From the NCBI GenBank assembly GCA_040954595.2, contig CM082596.2:8321124-8385123 (forward strand): a stretch of DNA of 64,000 bases. Reading direction: 5' to 3'. Numbering within the stretch: position 1 is the stretch's first letter; each line of letters opens with the position of its first letter. A program made the translations under genes and the position numbers. Shown one piece after another: positions 35,626 through 52,200 of the stretch. Under the pieces are notes generated by a model. The model ran no database searches, was not told where the DNA came from, and saw only the letters and a list, made by a program, of their open reading frames with translations. This DNA is from Balanoglossus misakiensis. Taxonomy: Eukaryota > Animalia > Hemichordata.

Positions 35626-36619
35626 CTGCAAATTTGTCTGTATAATGAACTTTGTAATTAATTTACTCATTTTCATTTAAACTTCTGAGAAATTATTTTT
35701 TCCATTCAAAATATCTCCCTTTTCATGGTCTTTTAAGGTGGCAACGAATCAATATTAAAAAATACTCTGACACCTTTTTACCTGTTACAAGCAGAGAGGG
35801 GTTTTCCATGCTGGCTCACATTTTTTGCCAAGACTGTTTGCCTATGATGATTGTCAGCACAGGACTTTGAAATTTATTACAGCCAAAATCATTGTGATAA
35901 CTGCAGTGCTGCCTTAAATTTACTCATATTTAAATCCTAATTTACAATTTAAATGTACAAGGATTCTGTTGTTGTTTTTTCTATACTGTCTTGCACCTCT
36001 TGTTATGTACAAATAAATTAATTTACCAGTGCAATATTTTCTGTCATTAGTGAGTGCCAGGGTAGTACTTCTACCTACCAGAATGCCATTTGCACCAAAT
36101 ACTAAATTATGAGTTGTGGTTCTTGTGTTTTTGCAGTTGATGGACATGCAAAATAACGAACAGATGTTGCCTGATCTTGTATCACACCCTCTTATAGTCT
36201 GGTTTTTCTTCAGAATGCATTCTAGAAAGTTGTCTAGAACAACGTATTAAAACACTACCTTACCAGAGTACATTAACAAGGTTATGATGTGGTGAATAGA
36301 AGACCAGAGATTGTAAATGAGCTTGTGTTTTTTTATTGAAATAAATGCAAGACATTGTATGGAAATTTAAATGTCTCTGGAAATCGTTGTGACATGTCCA
36401 GACCCCACTCTTAATATCACCACCACCATCATCATAAGGCCTATGAAAAGCCTTTGAAACAATCATTTTAAAACGTTTATTTGTTGGACTCAATTTTCCC
36501 AGTGTGGCAATATACAGTGACAATGTGATGAGACCGGTGCCATGATGTAATGAACAGTGCCCTCAACGGACGTCTCAGAAGAGCGATGGATCTAAATCAG
36601 GCTTGGGAATTGTGCATTT

Positions 36620-38986
36620 TAAACCCATGATTTTTTTTAAAAATGAAGAAATTTTGAGATTTCGAAAAATCCACAAATTATCATTTTTTGATGATTTTCA
36701 TGAGCTATAACCCATGATTTTTTGTGAAAAAGGGCCAAATTTTGAAAAATTCGCAAAGTCGAAAAATTGTCATTTTTTGATGATTTTCATGAGCTATAAC
36801 CCATGATTTTTTGTAAAAAATGGCCAAATTTTAAAAAATTCGCAGTCGAAAAATTGTCATTTTTTGATGATTTTCATGAGCTATAACCTATGATTTTCTG
36901 TGAAAAATGGCCAAATTTTGAAAATTCCCAAAGTCGAAAAATTGTCATTTTTTGATTATTTTCATGAGCTATCACCCATGATTTTTTGAAAAAAAATAGC
37001 CAAATTTTGAAAATTCCCAAAGTCGAAAAATTGTCATTTTTTGATGATTTTCATGAGCCAAAACCCATGATTTTTTGTGAAAAATGGCCAAATTTTGAAA
37101 ATTCCCAAAGTCGAAAAATTGTCATTTTTTGATGATTTTCATGAGCTATAACCCATGATTTTTTGTGAAAAAAGGCAAAATTTTGGAAATTCGCAAAGTC
37201 GAAAAATTGTCATTTTTTGATTATTTTCATGAGCTATCACCCATGATTTTTTGTGAAAAATGGCCAAATTTTGAAAATTCGCAAAGTCGAAAAATTGTCA
37301 TTTTTTGATGATTTTCATGAGCCAAAACCATGATTTTTTGTGAAAAATGGCCAAATTTTGAAAATTCCCAAAGTCGAAAAATTGTCATTTTTTGATTATT
37401 TTCATGAGCTATCACCCATGATTTTTTGAAAAAAATGGCCAAATTTTTAAAAATTCGCAAAGTCGAAAAATTGTCATTTTTTGATGATTTTCTTGAGCTA
37501 TAACCCATGATTTTTTGTGAAAAAGGGCCAAATTTTGAAAAATTCGCAAAGTCGAAAAATTGTCATTTTTTGATTATTATCATGAGCTATCACCCATGAT
37601 TTTTTGTGAAAAATGCCCAAATTTTGAAAATTCCCTAAGTCGAAAAATTGTCATTTTTTGATGATTTTCATGAGCTATAACCCATGATTTTTTGTGAAAA
37701 AGGGCCAAATTTTGAAAATTCCCAAAGTCGAAAAATTGTCATTTTTTGATTATTTTCATGAGCTATCACCCATGATTTTTTGAAAAAAAATAGCCAAATT
37801 TTGAAAATTCCCAAAGTCGAAAAATTGTCATTTTTTGATGATTTTCATGAGCCAAAACCCATGATTTTTTGTGAAAATGGCCAAATTTTGAAAATTCCCA
37901 AAGTCGAAAAATTGTCATTTTTTGATGATTTTCATGAGCTATAACCCATGATTTTTTGTGAAAAAAGGCAAAATTTTGGAAATTCGCAAAGTCGAAAAAT
38001 TGTCATTTTTTGATTATTTTCATGAGCTATCACCCATGATTTTTTGTGAAAAATGGCCAAATTTTGAAAATTCGCAAAGTCGAAAAATTGTCATTTTTTG
38101 ATGATTTTCATGAGCAATAACCCATGGATTTTTGTGAAAAATGGCCAAATTTTGAAAATTCCCAAAGTCGAAAAATTGTCATTTTTTGATGATTTTCATG
38201 AGCTATAACCCATGATTTTTTGTGAAAAAGGGCCAAATTTTGAAAATTCCCTAAGTCGAAAAATTGTCATTTTTTGATGATTTTCATGAGCCAAAACCAT
38301 GATTTTTTGTGAAAAATGGCCAAATTTTGAAAATTCGCAAAGTCGAAAAATTGTCATTTTTTGATGATTTTCATGAGCTATAACCCATGATTTTTTGTGA
38401 AAAATGGCCAAGTTTTAAAAAATTCGCAGTCGAAAAATTGTCATTTTTTGATGATTTTCATGAGCTATAACCCATGATTTTTTGTGAAAAATGGCCAAAT
38501 TTTAAAAAATTCGCAGTCGAAAAATTGTCATTTTTTGATGATTTTCATGAGCTATAACCTATGATTTTTTGTGAAAAATGGCCAAATTTTGAAAATTCCC
38601 AAAGTCGAAAAATTGTCATTTTTTGATTATTATCATGAGCTATCACCCATGATTTTTTGTGAAAAATGCCCAAATTTTGAAAATTCCCTAAGTCGAAAAA
38701 TTGTCATTTTTTGATGATTTTCATGAGCTATAACCCATGATTTTTTGTGAAAAATGGCCAAATTTTAAATAATTGGCTGTCGAAAAATTGTCATTTTTTG
38801 AAGATTTTCGTGAGCTATAACCCATGATTTTTTGTGAAAAATGGCCAAGTTTTGAAAATTCCCAAAGTCGAAAAATTGTCATTTTTTGATGATTTTCATG
38901 AGCTATAACCCATGATTTTTTGTAAAAAATGGCCAAATTTTAAAAAATTCGCAGTCGAAAAATTATCATTTTTTTATGATTTTCAT
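36620..38986. repeat. Tandem satellite array, ~88-bp monomer, about 27 copies
   Basis: The unit CATGAGCTATAACCCATGATTTTTTGTGAAAAATGGCCAAATTTTGAAAATTCCCAAAGTCGAAAAATTGTCATTTTTTGATGATTTT repeats head-to-tail with minor variants. Confidence 0.97.
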
Positions 38987-39404
38987 GGTGTGAATGCATC
39001 GTCCACTCGCACAGGTCTTTCCTGCCTATCAAAGATTTACCACACATGAATTCAAAGTCTCAATACGCTATCATACAGTGCAGTAACAGTCCAAAAAGAC
39101 TCACAAGTGTCAGTATTTCTAACACCCACTTTAATATCCAGCAAGGAATGTTCGACACAATTCAAAACAATTTTTACAACTCTCTTAGAAGATGGACTGA
39201 CTCTAATGCGTGTACAGTGTACGTGTATGCAACATTGAAATATGTTATTCTATCTACAAATGTACAAACATTACACATATCAGTTGTACGCTTGTGTCAA
39301 CAAAATTACTGGTTTCATACGAATATTAGTGGTGAAAAAATATTCTTAACCCCAAATCCATTGTTATGGATGGACCTCTGAAGGGGGAACTGGGAGTGAA
39401 AGGG

Positions 39405-39749
39405 TTAAAGGCCGATGATGCGCTTATGCACATGTGTGTAATTTTGTGTGTACAAACATCACGTCTAATCCAAATGTTCTGCAATGTTTGCGTTAGACAC
39501 AATGATTTTGCGTTCTACGCATTCGAAAAGTGGACTGTCTTCGCTTCCTTCCATACCGCATGCAAACTTTAGTTTTGACCCTTTTCACCCAATTTGCTGT
39601 CTTTTCCCGATCTTCGACACAGATCATGGTCACCGCCCACTTGTCTGTTGTTAGGACAGCACACTGCCTTATGGCATTGACTGTATAAAATTTTTGTAAC
39701 CAGAGTCTCTGATTTGGCACGTGCGCATATGAATATCATTGCCCTTTAA
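39405..39749. mobile_element. MITE family D (~340 bp, TTAA-flanked). Related copies at ~8077-8384, ~13840-14168, ~19730-20041, ~42330-42634
   Basis: Shared core CAAGATGGCGGxGACCATAGTCTGTGTC...AAATATGGAAGGAAGCGAAGGCAGTCCACTATTTGAAT in both orientations, with TTAAAGG...CCTTTAA ends. Confidence 0.75.
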
Positions 39750-40575
39750 GTGGTGTAAAATTACCGTATTTCAATTTAGACATAAGGTTTGTTAAGATTT
39801 CTTAATAATGAATGTTCACATGACATGGCACAGAGAATGGTCTCTGCTTGACCGGTAATTGATTATGTCCAAGAAACAGAATTGCAATGAACACAATAAT
39901 ATCAATTCATGAACAAAAACAGCTGTTTAGATTTATCACAAATGTCTTCACATAAAATGATAAATATTGAACCTTTTCTTTCAGTAGGGCAACTTGACAT
40001 TAACTTACGACTAAATCCTAATCTTGCACAAAATGTCAGCTTTGGGGTCAAACATGTATTTATAAAATTCACTCAATTTACAAAGTAGTGATTATCTCTG
40101 ATAACAAATTGAACAGAGTTACAGATAATATTATAATGTTTGTTTTGCTGACAAATAACATTGAGATTTTCATACGCATACTCAGCTGGAATGCAACTGA
40201 ACCTAGAAGAACATTTACAATATGTTGACAGACCGATATTTCACTGTATAAAGATCTTTACAGTGTACTGTACATACAGAAAAGCACTATATACAAAATA
40301 CTAATTGTGCCCCAATCGTATTTCAAATTTTGTCAGCAAGTGTTCCATGTATATGATAGTCTGCTTATAAACAACACTGCAAGCTCGTCTTGGGAACTCA
40401 CAAACACGAAATTGCCTCCTGTATCCTGGAGTTTTGTGAAGTAATTGTCTATCTATAGAGAGAACTTCACCAGATGTCCATGTAACATGACTGATGGTAG
40501 GTTCGACCCGTGGCTGGCAGGATACATAGGCCTTGATTGTTCAAATAACAGTTGTGTAGATAAGTATCAGGGGGT

Positions 40576-44912
<4,337 letters not shown>

Positions 44913-45440
44913 TTTCACACTCGATTATTTGCTTTCGATTACGGAGCCATAGAAAATCAAAATGGCGACTGCAGACGTCACATGACGACAAGGGGCCCTG
45001 CAATTTCCGGGTTGTTCACTTTTCCCCTTCGTTTTGGCCATTGGTCTTTGCACAGTACAATGTACTTCATTAATTGAATTGTGATCTTAAGTATTATAAT
45101 TAGGTTAATTAATAACCATCAATTGATTCAAAACTGCAGACGGCAATCACTTCCGGGTGCAGTGTAAGTCCAGCCCAGCCGAGAATACGTCACGACTGAA
45201 GATCTATTTTTAGTTCAATGACGTCACTAATGTTGTGTCATATCGCTCCAGCGTGTCGCGCTGCGGCTCCAAAAGAAACGCGTATACAAAGACACGTCAT
45301 AAGACAGAATGAATAAAAGCAGATTCAACAGAATGTTAAAGTTAGAAAGTCGCAAGGTTTCTTGGAGTACACAACCAGAAAAGATACGTCTGACAAAAGT
45401 TTTTTTCTTTTTAGCGAATTTGAACTTTTTTTCAATTAAC
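44913..45440. promoter_or_regulatory. Probable bidirectional promoter between RAB4 and the ARF-like gene
   Basis: Divergent ATGs are 528 bp apart and the spacer is CpG-richer than its surroundings. It holds a YY1-type CAAAATGGCG (44958-44967), an ETS core CACTTCCGGG (~45148), a perfect CRE TGACGTCA (45219-45226) and further ACGTCA half-sites. Confidence 0.65.
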
Positions 45441-46822
<1,382 letters not shown>

Positions 46823-49256
46823 CCACCTGACATGTGACCCTTATCATCGACGTCCAGCACCCGAAAAGAAATACAGACGCCAAAGAATACGGACATCTAC
46901 ATGGTGCGGCATTTTGTGCAAGTGTAGGATTTCCCATCAGTTTCTATTCAAAACCTAGACTGTCAAATCAAATTGGAGGCAAATGGTTTGCGACTTTTTG
47001 TGTGACCTAGATTTATATTGGTATCGCTCACCAGATAACCAGTCATATAATCATACACTGTTTTGAATCACAACGAACATTGTTTAATGTCACCACACAG
47101 TTTTGATATGCGATTGCCTTACCTGGTTTAAACGCTACAGTGACTTCAGAAGACATTTTCGAACACGTTCACAGGATTATGTTTCTGATACCATACCAGT
47201 GCGCCATTAATTTCTGAGATTTTATCTTTTGCTGAAGTTTAGCGGGAACTAATTACCCCGTACAGGTTGATCATTAATTGAACTTTGAACATTCCAATAT
47301 ACCATGGTCACTCCACACCGTGAATATACGTAGAGGGCGTTCACTGCCTTGACACTCAAACCACCTGTTGACACATTTGTGATGACGTCATTGCACTGCA
47401 TTCCATGAACGCGTACATGTTCGGCTCAAGTCAAATTACCATACGCTCACTCACTCACTCGTTGCACATTTTATAATTCTTTTCCACTACTAGTATTAAT
47501 TTTGTTTGACAATTTGAATGGTGACTTTGTAAGCCAAAAGAGTTTTATTTTAACAACTTTGTAACCTCAGTGAAACATTTACATGCTATATTTAAAAACG
47601 TTTAATAAAATGTTATGTGTACACTATGCAATGTCTTTATTCACTTGAATGTCCGACACGTGCATGTTATTATCCTACCACCAAGGCTCTGTTCGTACAT
47701 ACGGATTTGGTGACTAAACTTCTTGTGTAAAGATCTGAACAGTAACATGTGATCAAGTAGTGACAAGATGAGCTAAAACTGGTCATTCTGCCATGGATCG
47801 AACGCTTCATGCTTGCGGGTGGACCATTTACTACATTCAACATTTTTCGCATGCGGTCCGGAGTATAGCCCCAGTTGCTTAGCGATTTGTCGCACAGTAG
47901 CCCGGGGGTGCTTGACTCGTACACGTCTCTGGGACATTTTGAGCCGTCTCCTAAATATCACATGGTCCAACCCTTATGGAAGAGGTGCAGGCTGGGAACA
48001 CGATGTTCATGTTGAATATATAAAAACACCGTTACTCCAACAAGGCAATGGGGTGATTGATTTTTGCCTTTATCTTTATCATAATGGTGATGGGCAAATT
48101 ACATGTATTTAAAAATGGACAACTATCTGTACATAGAAACCTTACTTTATTAATAACTATATCCATTACAAAATACATGATAATGTATCATCATGTGTAC
48201 ATGGGCTGATACTGAATATATACTATACATGCTAGCAAAAATAAAAACTCTATGTACAGGTATTGTACTCATTACTACAATTTGAGGATATTAAATCTTA
48301 TACATAAAGACAAGGATGAACCTGGTTAATTTGCATAAACTTGAAACATTAGTGATGTAGCAAATAGCTGGTTACCATGCACCAGTCTAAGTCCCATCTG
48401 AACAAAGCATGTGATTGGCTATAATATTTGTAATAACAAACATAAAAACACATTAAGGAATATTGGGCCTCGATCATTTTTGTTGTTTGTGCAGGTTTCT
48501 GCAAAGAGTGTAAAAAGTAAAATTTTATTTCCAGTGTTTTTCAAACAAAGTTGTAGTGTAGTGCTGTGAGGTTATTTAAGTACATACTATGTATTTATTA
48601 AATTTGGGACTGAAATGTTTGCGCGTGTGCAATACTGTTGGTTGCTATAGCAACCGAACTCTTTTGCAGCCTGTCCTGGGCTGTTGAAAATGCCTGTGGT
48701 ATAGATAAGGTTCGTGGTTGATTATAATCTGGCTTTCACATGTCAATCAATCAATCAAACATAAATTTATAAAGCACCAGAATCCAAGAACAAAAAGAAA
48801 ATGTCTACAAAGAATAGGATTTGATGCAACTCCGCAGTCAGTACTCTAACAAACAGGTACATGTATTGCCTTGATTTCTTTGCCACAGAATTCAAGACCT
48901 ACATATCATGTTCAGGGTCAAGATTCCTCCCATTTCAACTGGTGTCTTTGAGGTTTCACAGTCAGTATTCAGCAAAACCCCGGGGTTGGGCACAGCAATG
49001 CCAGGTGTGATCAGTAAAATCCTTCCAACGGTAAAGTTCTGTCACTTAAGACAAAAAGGCTGACGTTTCCACTTCACTGATAACAACATCACTGATTCCA
49101 TGATTGATGTCAACGGCGTACTTAGTAGCTGAATATATTACTAATAGCTGGTGAAGTCATTGGCTTAGACGATGACATCACTGGCGTAGCTGATGATGTC
49201 ACAGGCACAAATGGTGATGTCACAGGCACAGGATAATACATCTACCAATTAGAGTA

Positions 49257-52200
49257 CTACAGTAGGAGAACCTCCTATAAACAAAAAGAGCATCAAATGT
49301 GAGCTTTATGGCTGCTGCAGACAGAGTAGTGCTGGATATGTTTATTAGCTGAAACTATGAACTGTTATTGAGAATTTGTGTGAACCCTATTTGACAAGTT
49401 GTGTATTTGCACAAGTTTAATTAAAGGAGCATGACAAAGGAAATAGTTGGAAATATTGCCGATCAGCTGTGTTTCACCAAGTCAATGCATCTGGGGCCTT
49501 AGACTCTCTCACAGCCCCTCTCGTCGTCCATGCAGGCTTATGGACTGATTGCATGTGTGCTCGGCGAGAGGTTCGCTACACAACACTACATGTATATGGG
49601 GCTTCTCCTTTGCTTAACAGTTGAGGGCGCATCAGTGAAGAGCCTTGTAGCGAACCATGGGCTGTGAGAGAGTCTACTGGGGCCTGTACACAAATCGGTG
49701 CGGATGTAGGGAAAAATCTATGGGAAATTTCATGATGCCTTTTTTGTTGTCATTTTGGTAAATTTCATGACTACAAAGTATTCAACATACAACTTGCGTT
49801 GAAAAAGAAGAGACATTTCATGCCCAGTAGACTTACATCTGAATCCTCAGAGTCTTCGTCATATTGAATTCCTGCACTGTATTCCTGTCAGTCAAAATAG
49901 ATAAAAAAATAGCGTCAAGGACACTGTGGTCCCATTTGAGGATTATGCGGAAACAGTGACACACCAGAATAAAAATTACAGGTGACATTGCAAGCAGATC
50001 TGCAAGCAGCATATCGGGCCTAAGCCAACATAGCACATAGCAACATAGCAATAAGCATATCTGCTCTGGATGCCAAGATATGGAAAAGTAGGTCAAAGGT
50101 CACCTGAGGTTATGCAAAATTTGGGCAAGAAATTTTGACCCTATACTGGTCCATGTTCAACAAAAACCAAACCTATAGCCCTATTGGTTAGCCTGGAATT
50201 AGGTATGCACATAATTAATGAGATATGCAGGTGTCACAGGTGACCCCAAATTTTGGCTTTTCAATTTTAGTCCCAACCCTCCAAACGCCAAGTCTGTACC
50301 TGCTCTGGATGCCAAGATATGACAAAGTAGGTCAAAGGTCACCTGAGGTCATGCAAAATTTGGGCAAGAAATTTTGACCCTATACTGGTCTATGTTCAAC
50401 AAAAACCAAACCTATAGCCCTATTGGTTAGCCTGGAATTAGGTATGCACATAATTAATGAGATATGCAGGTGTCACAGGTGACCCCCAATTTTGGCTTTT
50501 CAATTTTAGTCCCAACCCTCCAAACGCCAAGTCTGTACCTGCTCTGGATGCCAAGATATTATAAAGTAGGTCAAAGGTCACCTGAGGTCATGCAAAATTT
50601 GGGCAAGAAATTTTGACCTTATACTGGTCTATGTTCAACAAAAACCAAACCTATAGCCCTATTGGTTAGCCTGGAATTAGGTATGCACATAATTAATGAG
50701 ATATGCAGGTGTCACAGGTGACCCCCCCCATTTTGGCTTTTCAATTTTAGTCCCAACCCTCCAAACGCCAAGTCTGTACCTGCTCTGGATGCCGAGATAT
50801 AGGAAAGTAGGTCAAAGGTCACCTGAGGTCACCCAAAATTTGGGCAAGAAATTTTGACCCTATACTGGTCCATGTCCCATAAGAACGAAACCTCTAGCCC
50901 TATTAGTTAGCCCGGAATTAGGTATGCACATAATTAATGTGTTAAGCAGGTGTTACAGGTGAGCCCAAAATTTTGCCTTTTATTTTGGCCCCATTGTGCT
51001 CACTGACCAATAGACAGTCACTGCACAGGACTATTGCACAGACCAGAATTCCACAATAAGACGTGGACATAGCTTAACCATAGAGGTATAAGTAAAGGTA
51101 TAAATTTAATAAAAAGACTAAAAAATTCATAAAAAATAAAACATCGATGATATTGACTTAACACTTACAGGTCGATGTGAGGTTGACATAAGGTACATGC
51201 ATACCAATTTTTAAAGCAATCTGACGAGTAGTTGTTGACTTTCACAGTTTTGATAAATTTCACATTTTTCCAGCTAATTTGCATATTTTTGGGCCTGGCA
51301 ACTTCGTTTGGACAAACTCCCATCTACAGCCCAGCCTGCACCTACACACCAAATATTGAGGTGATACGCGCAGCGGTTTTCAAGTTTTTGATGTGGACGG
51401 ACATACAGACATACATCCATACATCCATACATCCATACATCCATACATCCATCCATCCATACATACATACAGACGCAACCGATCCCATAAGGTCCCATGG
51501 TATATATGCCTATACCAATGGGACCTAAACATTAAAGGTATACAGTCACCTCCAATTTACATACGCCCATATATGGCTGAAGTGGAGTATTTGAGCGTTC
51601 TAAAGAACATATGGTGCTGCTCTTTTTTTCGCGTGTGCCACCCACTGAAAATCTGTGATTGGCTAGATGTCAATTTGCCATGGTAACTATAGCTAATTTT
51701 CCATCGGTGACCGTATACCTTTAAGGTTACCTCTCTTGTAGCTTGTCAACTTGCATATACAATTTTCCATTTTAAAGATGACAACTATGAGCAAGAGACT
51801 GATAAATTGTGTTCAAAGGGGAATCTATGGCTATTTCCTGTCAGCTTTGATTAGCATTTTCTCACTCTGTCATTTTGACGTGTAACTGAAAATATGTTAA
51901 TAAATGAGACTTCTGAATGTACATTAATCTGACCACTCTACCTCCCTGCATTGGTCATGTGACTGGCAGCTCTTGAGCTCAAACTTCCGTATGCAAATAG
52001 CAATGACTATTCGCTCTCTACTTTGGTGATCTTTTCTTTTAAGACAGGTGTGGTATCATTTACACTTAGGATAACTACGAAGCCAGATTCTAAGAATGGT
52101 AAGACGTGGGACTTTTCTTTTAGATTGACGTTTCGAACAACTTGCTCACCTCTCCTGTGTCACTGTCAGAACGCATGTACATCAACTGATCAGCATCATC

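Noticed and set aside
36620-38986. CRISPR-like regularity and ORFs 37227-37508, 38196-38411, 38721-38936
   Set aside because: Units are contiguous with no unique spacers and there are no cas genes; the ORFs are translations of the satellite.
47670-48112. Three short overlapping ORFs between the ARF-like and kinase 3' ends
   Set aside because: No recognisable motifs or convincing splice structure.
51232-51686. ORFs with IHPY/IHTS repeats
   Set aside because: Translations of the HINE microsatellite and adjacent MITE.
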